A stretch of DNA of 64,000 bases from an uncultured delta proteobacterium (GCA_963826785.1 CAWGYD010000004.1:320001-384000), one strand, 5' to 3'; shown: positions 1 to 8,608, counted from the first letter of the stretch. Numbers and translations: made by a program. The notes: generated by a model from the letters alone, not told the origin.

Positions 1-43
1 AATGTTTGAGTTCTTTTTGGGCGATATGGGTAAACTGCCGCAT
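1..43 (-). CDS. ABC-2 type transporter permease, 5' fragment (runs off window)
   Basis: ATG at 43 reads MRQFTHIAQKELKH, a typical ABC-2 permease N-terminus, directly after the ABC ATPase gene. Confidence 0.6.
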   Translation of the reverse strand, partial: MRQFTHIAQKELKH

Positions 44-44
44 G

Positions 45-995
45 TCAGTTCTCCTTGTTGATCTGGCGCGTAAGATCGCGGAAAATGGTTTCAAGCGTCT
101 TGGTTTCCTGGACAAATTCCAGAAGGACCCAGTCGGTCTCCTTGACGGACTTGTAAATCGGCTCCCTCAGGTCCGCATCGGAGCGGCACAGGATGTTTAC
201 GTTTAAGCGGCCGTCGTCTTCCGCGCCGCCGGGTTCGATCCGCCGGACGCCGTCGATGCCGGACAGCCGCTGCCGCACCGCATCGAATTCGGCGCCGGCT
301 AAAGACATCCGGATGGTGGTCTCCCGGCCCGCCGCCGCCCTCAGGTGATGGGTGTCGCCGTCCGCCACGATCCGCCCCCGGTTGATGATCACGACCCGGT
401 CGCAGGTGGCCTCGGCTTCGCTCAGGATGTGGGTGGAAAAGATAATGGTCTTTTCCCTGCCGATTTTCTTGATGATGTTGCGGATCTCCACGATCTGGTT
501 GGGGTCGAGGCCCTGGGTGGGTTCATCCAGGATCAGGATGTCCGGATCGTTCATCATGGCATGGGCCAGGCCCACCCGCTGGTTGAGCCCCTTGGACAGC
601 TCGCCGATGGCCTTGTGCATGATGTTGTTCAATCCGCACAGGTCCGCGAGATACCGCAATCGGGGATGGCGGTCGCTCTTTTTGATGCCCCGGATTTTGG
701 CCATGTAATCCAGGTAATCATAGACCAGCATGTCCTTATAAAAAGGCGAGGATTCCGGCAGGTAGCCGATCATCTGCTTGATTTGCAGCGGATGATCCGC
801 CATGGTATAGTCCTTGACGCGGATGGCGCCCGCGCTGGGGCTGAAATACCCCGTAAGCATCTTGAGCGTGGTGGTCTTGCCGGCGCCGTTCGGGCCCAGA
901 AGGCCGACGATCTCACCCTTGCGGATGTCGAAGGTGATCCGGTCAACCGCGCAGAAGCCGTTGTAGTATTTGGTCAGGTCTTTGACATGAATCAT
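45..995 (-). CDS. ABC transporter ATP-binding protein
   Basis: Walker A GPNGAGKTT, signature LSKG, Walker B ILILDEP, H-loop STH. Confidence 0.95.
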   Translation of the reverse strand: MIHVKDLTKYYNGFCAVDRITFDIRKGEIVGLLGPNGAGKTTTLKMLTGYFSPSAGAIRVKDYTMADHPLQIKQMIGYLPESSPFYKDMLVYDYLDYMAKIRGIKKSDRHPRLRYLADLCGLNNIMHKAIGELSKGLNQRVGLAHAMMNDPDILILDEPTQGLDPNQIVEIRNIIKKIGREKTIIFSTHILSEAEATCDRVVIINRGRIVADGDTHHLRAAAGRETTIRMSLAGAEFDAVRQRLSGIDGVRRIEPGGAEDDGRLNVNILCRSDADLREPIYKSVKETDWVLLEFVQETKTLETIFRDLTRQINKEN

Positions 996-1115
996 GCCCT
1001 TCTCCTTGAAAAGATGTTTTCCTCATATATGGGGTGGATTTATTATGGGTGCTACGGAATTTTTTGGAGGCTGCTCATGGTTTATTCATCCCTGAAATTC
1101 TGCAGGGTGAAAAAT

Positions 1116-1152
1116 TGAATTCCCCCTGGGTTAGAGGGGGAATTCAGGGGGA
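1116..1152. repeat. REP-like palindrome
   Basis: TGAATTCCCCCT-N7-AGGGGGAATTCA perfect 12-bp stem followed by a G-run; resembles the hairpins at 15252-15380. Confidence 0.6.
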
Positions 1153-1302
1153 GTTTTCAGAAATCCACCGATATAATGAGAAATCACAAATGGACCTCCA
1201 AATAGGGGGAACCATAGAGATTTGATTTTTTTTTGTCAACAGGAAATTAAACGGGACCGGGTTCATCCACGGTTACCCGGAATCCGGCATTGGAGCACAG
1301 AA

Positions 1303-2079
1303 ATGAAAGCATTTGACCGTCTGGTAAGCATCATGGAAACCCTGCGAAGTCCCGGGGGCTGCCCCTGGGACGCGGAGCAGGACCACCGCAGCCTGATCAA
1401 CGGGCTCATCGAGGAAGTCTACGAACTGGCACAGGCCGTGGACGAAAATGATCCGGCGGGCATGCGGGAGGAACTCGGCGACGTCTTGCTCCACGTGGTG
1501 TTTCATGCCGTCATTGCAAAAGAAAAGAATGAATTTGATGTCGAACAAGTGGTCTCCGGCCTCTGTGACAAGCTGATCTATCGGCACCCCCACGTGTTCG
1601 GGGAGGCTACGGTAAACGATTCAGCCGAAGTGGTCGAAAACTGGGACCGGCTGAAGCAGGCGGAAAAAGAGAAAACAGCGCGGGATTCCATATTTTCCGG
1701 AATCCCGCCAAAACTGCCGGCGCTGCTGTATGCGAAAAAGATCCAGAAAGCAGCCGGCAAGGTGAATTTCGACTGGGACGATGCGGCCGGGGTGATGGAG
1801 AAGATCACCGAAGAAACCGCGGAGCTTTCCGAGGCGATGGGGACGGGGGATAAAGCCCGGATGGCCGATGAAGTCGGGGACCTGCTCTTTTCGGTGATCA
1901 ACCTGGCCCGCAAGCTCGACATCGATCCCGAAGCCGCCCTGCGCGGGGTCAACCGCAAATTCGTGTCCCGGTTCTCACATATCGAAAAGGCGGCCAAAGC
2001 CCAGGGGGTTCCCCTGGCGGAGATGCCCATGGCAGAAAAGGACCGGATCTGGGAGGTGGCCAAAAAGTCTGATGGTTGA
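1303..2079 (+). CDS. mazG: Nucleoside triphosphate pyrophosphohydrolase MazG
   Basis: LRSPGGCPWD, EEVYE, EELGDVL, RHPHVF, and second domain EVGDLLF; GGAG RBS before ATG 1303. Confidence 0.95.
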   Translation: MKAFDRLVSIMETLRSPGGCPWDAEQDHRSLINGLIEEVYELAQAVDENDPAGMREELGDVLLHVVFHAVIAKEKNEFDVEQVVSGLCDKLIYRHPHVFGEATVNDSAEVVENWDRLKQAEKEKTARDSIFSGIPPKLPALLYAKKIQKAAGKVNFDWDDAAGVMEKITEETAELSEAMGTGDKARMADEVGDLLFSVINLARKLDIDPEAALRGVNRKFVSRFSHIEKAAKAQGVPLAEMPMAEKDRIWEVAKKSDG

Positions 2080-2217
2080 AGGGATGGTGCGTAAACGAGA
2101 CCACCGTCCCGGATGGATATGCCGCACACCTGTAAATCGCTTTGAACTATATCCTTTTCTCGACTTGACATCACTGCTGCACCCTGTGTATCTTTTCCAT
2201 CATCGTTCTGGATAGTT

Positions 2218-2360
2218 AGTGCCCATCCACAGATGAGATAATTTGTTCAAGTTCAAGGAAGGCGAAAATTTTAACCGCAGGAATACTCAACGTATTTTGA
2301 GGATTAAAATTTGAGCCTGACGCAGAAATTGGGCAAATTAGCCAATTGTGGATGGGCACT
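2218..2360 (+). mobile_element. 143-bp MITE-like element, copy 1
   Basis: Perfect 14-bp TIR AGTGCCCATCCACA/TGTGGATGGGCACT, flanked by 4-bp direct repeat AGTT; internal palindrome; near-identical inverted copy at 18071-18213. Confidence 0.85.
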
Positions 2361-2441
2361 AGTTAAATCCTGGCTTTACCAAAACAATTGCTTCATTTTC
2401 GGATAATTTGACCGATTGGAAATATCGAGGGCCGCCCTCCT

Positions 2442-2575
2442 GTGCGGAAAGCGGGGCGAAAAAGCGCAGCCTGTCACACGTCCAGGCATTCATTTGCCAC
2501 CCGTCTGATTGGAAAGGGATATGAATCCGCACCGTCCAGGCAATTTTGGGGCATAGTGATGTGAGGACGACCATA
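2442..2575 (+). pseudogene. intI: Integron integrase (IntI-like tyrosine recombinase) C-terminal remnant
   Basis: Reads VRKAGRKSAACHTSRHSFATRLIGKGY, then after a frameshift near 2523 IRTVQAILGHSDVRTTI; matches IntI box II (CHTxRHSFATHLLxxGYDIRTVQELLGHxDVxTT); ends before the catalytic Tyr. Confidence 0.8.
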
Positions 2576-2615
2576 GGGAGTCTTGGCGTAAGAAGTCCTG
2601 TGGATACTTTAGGAA

Positions 2616-3643
2616 TTCTTGTCGGACCAAATTAACACTTTGAAAATTTATATAATAATAGTTATAATTAGTCCATTTTTTGTCCTATGGTGATCTTTTT
2701 GAGGACAAAAATCCGATTTTAAGAGTGGTCGACCGGCCCGACGATACTTCGCTATTCATGGGGATTAATAGGACGATGGCCCGCGCAAATCGGCATCACA
2801 TTACCGGGTACGTATGGCACATTACGCATCGATGCCATAAGAAAGAATTTCTTCTGAAATTCGAAAAAGACAAAAGGCGGTGGCTGAACTGGTTGTTCGA
2901 AGCCAAAAAGCGCTTCGGGCTTTGCGTTTTAGATTACACCATCACCTCAAATCATATCCATTTGCTCGTATATGATCGAAAAGAAGGTGTTATTCCGAAA
3001 TCGATCCAGTTGATAGCCGGCCGAACAGGAAGGGAATATAATATCCGTAAAAACCGGAAAGGCGCCTTCTGGGAAGACCGGTATCATGCCACGGCAGTGA
3101 AAACGGATGGCCATTTTGTTAAATGTCTTGCATATATTGATTTGAATATGGTGCGGGCCGGAGTTGTTCAGCACCCCTCAGAATGGGGCTTCGGAGGATA
3201 TGCGGAAATTCAGAATCCGAAGCAGCGATATTCCATTATAAATCGTCGAGAATTGGTGAATTTGCTCGGGATCAAGGATGATATCCAATTGATGGAATCC
3301 CACCGGAGATGGGTTGATGAGATATTGGAAAAAGGATTGAACCACCGGGATGCCAGATGGACGGAAAGCATTGCGGTCGGAGATAAGGAATTCGTGACAG
3401 AAACCAGATCAAAACTGGGTGTAAAAGCCGTGGGCCGGAAAATATCAGAAAACAATGGAATCTATGAACTGAGAGAATTCCAGACTCCTTACAATCCTCT
3501 TTTTAGTCCTGAAAAGTGCGGGCTAAGCCTTGAAAACGCCTATTTTTGGGGGTAAATTTCAATAATAATCAAGAAGATAATTTGGTCCGACAAGAAACAG
3601 AGAAACAGAAAACAAGAAGATAATTTGGTCCGACAAGAAACAG
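2616..3643 (+). mobile_element. HUH (Y1/RAYT-like) transposase element bounded by 19-bp inverted repeats
   Basis: TTCTTGTCGGACCAAATTA (2616-2634) versus TAATTTGGTCCGACAAGAA (3578-3596, repeated at 3621-3639). Confidence 0.75.
2776..3555 (+). CDS. Y1/HUH transposase (IS200-like, RAYT family)
   Basis: WHITHRC, HUH motif NHIHLL, GAFWEDRY, YIDLNMVRAG. Confidence 0.9.
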   Translation: MARANRHHITGYVWHITHRCHKKEFLLKFEKDKRRWLNWLFEAKKRFGLCVLDYTITSNHIHLLVYDRKEGVIPKSIQLIAGRTGREYNIRKNRKGAFWEDRYHATAVKTDGHFVKCLAYIDLNMVRAGVVQHPSEWGFGGYAEIQNPKQRYSIINRRELVNLLGIKDDIQLMESHRRWVDEILEKGLNHRDARWTESIAVGDKEFVTETRSKLGVKAVGRKISENNGIYELREFQTPYNPLFSPEKCGLSLENAYFWG

Positions 3644-3671
3644 AAGACAGAAGAAACAGGATGAAGAACGA

Positions 3672-3731
3672 ACATAACCATCCGCTGAACCGGGCGCTCC
3701 TGACATCGCGCCGGTTACCGGCACATTATAT
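3672..3731 (+). other. attC-like integron recombination site (degenerate R')
   Basis: ACATAAC (R''), then CCGCTGAACCGG pairing imperfectly with CCGGTTACCGG (extra unpaired base), then ATTATAT (R' with G>A). Confidence 0.6.
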
Positions 3732-3967
3732 TAGACATAATGGTTGACAGATAGCAGAGCAATTTGTGTCGGCAAGTACAAGCCGCGAAATTCATCATGG
3801 CCTCCGACGAGCTTTTGAGGGCCCATTCTCGGCCATGATGAATTTCGCTGACCTCACACCCGGCACACCCATTGATAATTAAAAGACCTGCCATCCTTGC
3901 AAACGTGGGTTATGTTGGAAGTCATTTTAAACCACCCAACACAGAGCCAAAACCAAGGAGGCAGGTC

Positions 3968-5083
3968 ATGACAGAGAATAGCACATTTATTGGTATGGAC
4001 GTCCATAAAAATTCCATCGATATCGCCATTGCGCAAACCGGCCGTGACGGAGAGATCCTGCACTACGGCCAAATAGACGGCACCCTTGCAGCAATAGACA
4101 AGGTGGTTCGAAAATTGGTCAGCAAAGGCAACCGGCTGCATTTTGTGTATGAGGCCGGCCCCTGCGGATACCAGATCTACCGCCACCTCACCTCCCGGGG
4201 CTTCGATTGCTCGGTAGTGGCTCCTTCCAGGATCCCCAAACCCAGTGGCAAGCAGATCAAAAACGATCGCCGGGATGCCCTGATGCTTGCCCGCTTGCAT
4301 CGCGCCGGCGAACTGACCGCTGTTCACGTTCCCCTGGCTGAGGACGAGGCCGTCAGAGATCTGACCCGAGCCCGGGAGGATGCCAAGGGCGATGAGAAAA
4401 AAAGCAAACAGCGTCTGCTGGCCTTTTTGCTTCGCAGCGGCATCCGCTATACGGGCCGGGCATCGTGGAGCCAGGCCCATATGCGCTGGCTGTCCGACAT
4501 TAAGATGCCCCACCGGTCACAGCAGGTTGTCCTGCAGGAATATATCGGCACCCTGAACCAGTGCAAAGATCGGGTACAGCGGTTAACCGATCAGATCCGG
4601 CAGCTGTTGCCCGAATGGCAACTGTTCCCGGTCGTTCAAGCGCTTCAGAGCATGCGCGGTGTTTCAATGATCGTGGCGGCCACGACGATGGCCGAAATCG
4701 GCGACTTGAAACGATTTGAAAATCCTGCCGAGCTGATGGGCTACCTGGGCCTGGTGCCGTCGGAAACTTCCAGCGGCCAAAAGATCAGGCGCGGCTCGAT
4801 CACCAAGACCGGCAATGGCCATGTGCGGCGTGTATTGGTTGAGGCTGCCTGGGCCTACCGGCTGCCGGCCAGAGTGAGCCGAGTATTGCTCAAACGGCAA
4901 GAGGATTTGCCACAATCTATTTGCGACATTGCATGGAAAGCCCAACTCCGACTATGTGCGCGCTACCGGCACCTATGGGCCAAAGGCAAAGTGAAACAAG
5001 TCATCGTAACTGCAATCGCAAGAGAACTTTGTGCTTTTATGTGGGCGATCGCCAATGAAACAAAATTTCCAGTAGCGGCATAA
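3968..5083 (+). CDS. IS110 family transposase/recombinase
   Basis: DEDD RuvC-like motifs GMDVHK, YEAGP, KNDRRDA; C-terminal GLVPSETSSG with catalytic Ser; AGGAGG RBS. Confidence 0.97.
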   Translation: MTENSTFIGMDVHKNSIDIAIAQTGRDGEILHYGQIDGTLAAIDKVVRKLVSKGNRLHFVYEAGPCGYQIYRHLTSRGFDCSVVAPSRIPKPSGKQIKNDRRDALMLARLHRAGELTAVHVPLAEDEAVRDLTRAREDAKGDEKKSKQRLLAFLLRSGIRYTGRASWSQAHMRWLSDIKMPHRSQQVVLQEYIGTLNQCKDRVQRLTDQIRQLLPEWQLFPVVQALQSMRGVSMIVAATTMAEIGDLKRFENPAELMGYLGLVPSETSSGQKIRRGSITKTGNGHVRRVLVEAAWAYRLPARVSRVLLKRQEDLPQSICDIAWKAQLRLCARYRHLWAKGKVKQVIVTAIARELCAFMWAIANETKFPVAA

Positions 5084-5157
5084 CAAAGAACCCATTACAA
5101 CGGACAGCATTTACAAATAAAGGATATTTAAAACGAAAAAAAACATCATTATTCCAA

Positions 5158-5340
5158 GGCAGCCATAGGGGCGCAACCACGGCCAGGAGAACCCTCGAGG
5201 ACACTATTGGATAAGCCTTAGGGCCGAACTCCCGAAATTAGACCGAGGCAGCTCCGCGACGAAGCTAAGTCATGCGGTAACCAACCCGCGAATATCAGAG
5301 TGATCAACCGTCGCAACACGGTTCCGCCCCTGTGGGTGCC
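5158..5340 (+). ncRNA. Putative bridge/seek RNA of the IS110 element
   Basis: Non-coding right end whose ends can pair (GGCAGCCATAGGGGCG...CGCCCCTGTGGGTGCC); contains segments matching the target (GACACTA, ATTAG) and the donor junction (TAAGTC, ATATCAG); boundaries approximate. Confidence 0.7.
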
Positions 5341-5428
5341 TTGGAACATAAACCAGAACAAGGACTGTTGAAAAACAGTTGGCAGGAAGTGCTTTTTTCT
5401 CTTGACAACTGTCAACCATATCAGTGTC

Positions 5429-5947
5429 ATGTTTGAAACTTACAGAAAGATATTTTGGTGTATTGCAATTCTAAACCTCAGTTTTTCATTTCCTGAGCAT
5501 GCTTATGCTCACATGATAGCAGATTCAGAAGCATTCTTGATTGCAGGTCCATTGATAATTCCATTCGCTAACATAATAAAGCTTATTATTATAGCCCTAA
5601 TAAAGCCATATAAAGAAATCAGGCCTCTTGGAAGAACTTTTCTATGCGTTGTTTTAGTTGAAATCTTCTTAGTCTTTTTTTCCTCTTCAATAATAATCGC
5701 TTTCATAAAAAATGGTATATTTTATCCAGGTTCAGCTTTAAATAGTGGATTAACAGAAATGCAGTGGGGTTTTTCAGTCATCATCTTTTATGGCGTACTT
5801 TCGATTTTACCGAATTTTTCTCTTGTCAAAGAGAAAAACCAAAAATTAAAAGAAATAGCTGCTAATCCTATAAAAATATCATATGCAACAATACTCGCGT
5901 TTATTACGCCAGCGATAGTAATCTTTTTGGCAGCCATGGCAAAATAA
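5429..5947 (+). CDS. AT-rich multi-pass membrane protein, probable integron gene cassette
   Basis: 172-codon hydrophobic ORF, much more AT-rich than the backbone, lying between attC-like sites. Confidence 0.7.
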   Translation: MFETYRKIFWCIAILNLSFSFPEHAYAHMIADSEAFLIAGPLIIPFANIIKLIIIALIKPYKEIRPLGRTFLCVVLVEIFLVFFSSSIIIAFIKNGIFYPGSALNSGLTEMQWGFSVIIFYGVLSILPNFSLVKEKNQKLKEIAANPIKISYATILAFITPAIVIFLAAMAK

Positions 5948-6057
5948 TATAACAAAGCAAATGAAGCTGACGCGAAGAAGCCAAGGGCGGAATTACCCGA
6001 CAGATTGCAAGCAGGGGCATATACGTCTAAACCGCTTGCAAAATTATAAATTCTTCG
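5947..6057 (+). other. Truncated attC-like site
   Basis: ATATAAC overlaps the stop codon, followed by GAAGCTGAC; inner pairs CGAAGAA/TTCTTCG and TTGCAAGC/GCTTGCAA; the distal L'/R' half is missing. Confidence 0.5.
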
Positions 6058-6076
6058 GATCACCAGGATGCGGGCT

Positions 6077-6135
6077 CAGGCTGAAGGCCCGATGGAATGC
6101 ATTTTTTTCAGCCTTCAGCCTGTGACCCTTCAGCC
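6077..6135. repeat. TTCAGCC heptamer repeats forming a hairpin (terminator-like)
   Basis: CAGGCTGAAGGC (6077-6088) pairs with GCCTTCAGCCTG (6111-6122); TTCAGCC occurs three times. Confidence 0.55.
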
Positions 6136-6140
6136 CAAAC

Positions 6141-7367
6141 CTACCTGACCTCTTCCACCCCCAGCGGATACTTTGACAGCGGTTCGCAGCCGTCTGCGTG
6201 GATGACGATGGGGTTTTCGTAGCGGAAGCCGATGCTGTCGTCCGGGCAGGCGTACTGCATGGCGCAGATGAGCAGCTCGTTTTCCTGATACACATGGTCC
6301 GGGTTGGTCCAGTAGGGGAAGGGGCCGTCGTTTAAGCCGATGCGCCATTCGTCCCCCATCATGCCGATGCCGTGCTCGAAGCCCGGCACCATGTAGTCGG
6401 CAAATCCCCGTTCTTCCGCAAACCCCATCATCTGCTCGGCCAGAAGCGACGGGGTGATCCCGGCACGGTAGGTTTCCAGGGTTTTGGTGACGATGTCCAC
6501 GAAATTGGCCGCATGCCATCTCTGCCGGTCCGTGGCCGGCCCGATCAGGTAGTTGTGGGAATGGTCGCCCAGGCCCAGCATGAACATGGAGTGGATGTCC
6601 ACCATGAGCGGCTCCCCGGCCTTAAGCTCCCGGCGGGATGCCGGGGTGCAGGCGCCGCCGGCCAGCCCGGTGCGGTACCCGGAAGCAATCTCGTTGCCGC
6701 CGGTAAAGGACCATTCCCATTCCGATCCCGCCTTCCGCATGGCCAGGGCCGCGATGCCGGCGATCTCGGTTTCGGTCATCCCTTTCCAGCCGCCGTCCCG
6801 GATGGCGTCATAGAGGGCCTGGTGCCCGATATCCACGATGCGGGAGGCTTCCCGGAACCGGTTGATGGTCCCCCGGTCCTTGATCAGGGCCAGCCGGTCG
6901 ATGATGGTATGGCTGTTGACCAGTTCGCACCCGTCAAGGGCCGCTGAAAACTGCTGGTATTCATAGTGGGTCAGCCACCCTTCGGGCAGGTAGTTGGACA
7001 TGCCCGATTCGATGCCCACCCGGCCTTTGCCGTTGTTCAGCAACTCGGCGATGAAATCGGAGATCTGTTCGATCTGGTCCTGGCCGCCCATGGGCGCAAA
7101 CCCGTAGACGTGGTCTTCCCCCAGCCAGGAGTCGTCGGCCACCCGGGCGGCATCGATGACGAAGGTGAACACGGTGGGCAGCCCCTCTGCCGGGATAACG
7201 ATGAAGCTGCGCCAGGGGCAGAAGGCGTCGGCGATCCAGGACAGGGTCCGCAGCCGGGAACCCAGGTAGACATCGATGTTCTGCTTTGCCATTTCCGCCT
7301 GGATGTCCTTGATGCGTTGGGGGAAATCGATAAAATAGGGATGATCCGGATTGAGCAGTCGGGCCAT
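6141..7367 (-). CDS. M24 family (Xaa-Pro peptidase/creatinase-like) protein
   Basis: Creatinase-like N-terminal domain; GMTETEIA, VDIH, GD, FEHGIG, GFRYEN. Confidence 0.85.
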   Translation of the reverse strand: MARLLNPDHPYFIDFPQRIKDIQAEMAKQNIDVYLGSRLRTLSWIADAFCPWRSFIVIPAEGLPTVFTFVIDAARVADDSWLGEDHVYGFAPMGGQDQIEQISDFIAELLNNGKGRVGIESGMSNYLPEGWLTHYEYQQFSAALDGCELVNSHTIIDRLALIKDRGTINRFREASRIVDIGHQALYDAIRDGGWKGMTETEIAGIAALAMRKAGSEWEWSFTGGNEIASGYRTGLAGGACTPASRRELKAGEPLMVDIHSMFMLGLGDHSHNYLIGPATDRQRWHAANFVDIVTKTLETYRAGITPSLLAEQMMGFAEERGFADYMVPGFEHGIGMMGDEWRIGLNDGPFPYWTNPDHVYQENELLICAMQYACPDDSIGFRYENPIVIHADGCEPLSKYPLGVEEVR

Positions 7368-7378
7368 GTTGATCCTCC

Positions 7379-7780
7379 TTAATATTGGGTGGGGATGGTG
7401 GCCAGCACCTTGTTGAGCCGGTCGGCCAGGGAAGCGAGTTTCAACGCCTTGACCATGTTCCCTTTGAGTTTGAGCTTCATGGTCATCAGCGCTTTCTGGG
7501 CGCCGAGTTCCCCCCGGGTGATTTTGGCGAAGGTGTCGTAGTCGCCGGCGATGGCAAACTCCGCCTTGGGCGGTTCGCCTTCACCCACCTGCATGTCGGC
7601 GAATTTTCCCTCCTCGAATTTGAAAAAGAGAAACTTCTCCCCCCCGCCGGGACAGTTCTTGTAGATGTTGCTCATGGAAGAGGTGGCATAATTCATTTTT
7701 TCGGGGGGAAGTTCGGTCTTGAGCCGTTTTTCCGCCTCGTCGCGCCACTGCGGGCTCAGGTAAGTGAATTTTTCGCTCAT
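7379..7780 (-). CDS. SCP2 sterol/lipid-binding domain protein
   Basis: YLSPQW and GELGAQKALMTMKLKLKGNM motifs; GAGG RBS before ATG 7780. Confidence 0.85.
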   Translation of the reverse strand: MSEKFTYLSPQWRDEAEKRLKTELPPEKMNYATSSMSNIYKNCPGGGEKFLFFKFEEGKFADMQVGEGEPPKAEFAIAGDYDTFAKITRGELGAQKALMTMKLKLKGNMVKALKLASLADRLNKVLATIPTQY

Positions 7781-7796
7781 GGGATTCCTCCTTGGA

Positions 7797-8402
7797 TCAG
7801 ATGATGGACGGGTCCGTGCTGTCATCGACAAACAAGCCGTGGGTGATGAGTTCCACGGTGTCTTCAAACATCTTTTGAATCCGTACGTCTTCGGTCTTGA
7901 TATACATCCGGATGATAAACATCTTGTAGACCATGAAAATCACTTCCGCCACCCGGTCCGGATCGACCGGACGGAAAATCTTTTCGGCGATCCCCTGCTG
8001 CAGGATGGATCGGATCAGGGCCACGGAATTGCGGTTGATCTCCTCATAGGGGTCCTTTGCCGGAAACATGGGAAAAATCTCCGGGTCGTGGATGAGCAGA
8101 TCCCGCAAATCCGTATCCAGTGAAAGATACTGGACGGCCTTTTCGCACATGGTCACAAATTTTTGCTTGAGGTCCCCTTCGGCTTCCACCGCTTCGAGCA
8201 CCTTGCCCTGCCATTTCATGAGCGCATGGGAGACGGTTTTGCGGTACAGGTCTTTTTTGTTCTTCACGTAGACATACAGGTTGCCCTGGGTCATGTTCAT
8301 CCGGTTGGCGATATCGGCCATGGTGGTCTTCTGATAGCCGAAACGGGAAAAGACCGGCAGGGCGGCCTGGTAGATGATCTCGATGTCTTCTCTGGGTTTC
8401 AT
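7797..8402 (-). CDS. TetR family transcriptional regulator
   Basis: FSRFGYQKTTMADIANRMNMTQGNLYVYVKNKKDL helix-turn-helix. Confidence 0.95.
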   Translation of the reverse strand: MKPREDIEIIYQAALPVFSRFGYQKTTMADIANRMNMTQGNLYVYVKNKKDLYRKTVSHALMKWQGKVLEAVEAEGDLKQKFVTMCEKAVQYLSLDTDLRDLLIHDPEIFPMFPAKDPYEEINRNSVALIRSILQQGIAEKIFRPVDPDRVAEVIFMVYKMFIIRMYIKTEDVRIQKMFEDTVELITHGLFVDDSTDPSII

Positions 8403-8414
8403 TTTTTTCTTAAC

Positions 8415-8471
8415 TGAATAAATGAATTTAATGTTTAGTTATTCAATAATGTCGCCGGGCCAGAATGTCAA
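8415..8471 (-). promoter_or_regulatory. Candidate promoter and TetR operator
   Basis: TGAATAA-N17-TTATTCA inverted repeat (8415-8445) just upstream of tetR; TTGACA on the minus strand at 8466-8471. Confidence 0.5.
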
Positions 8472-8608
8472 GGGGATTTAATTCCATTTTGCATTCAAGA
8501 TGATTCAAAGGCGGCACGGAGGAGGCGATCAATGTACCGGAAATTACATTGGCCGACGACGCAGCCACGGAAGGAAGCGCTTGAATGCGAAAGGCAATAA
8601 GGGGAAAA

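Larger units (their letters stand above)
3733..5424 (+). mobile_element. IS110/IS1111-type insertion sequence
   Basis: Subterminal 11-bp IRs ATGGTTGACAG (3740-3750) and CTGTCAACCAT (5409-5419); AG core at 3733-3734 and 5423-5424; TTGACA at 5402 and CATAAT at 3736 would form a circle-junction promoter. Confidence 0.9.

Noticed and set aside
3570..3660. Possible CRISPR repeats after the Y1 transposase
   Set aside because: Only two copies separated by 12 bp of low-complexity sequence; explained as a duplicated element end
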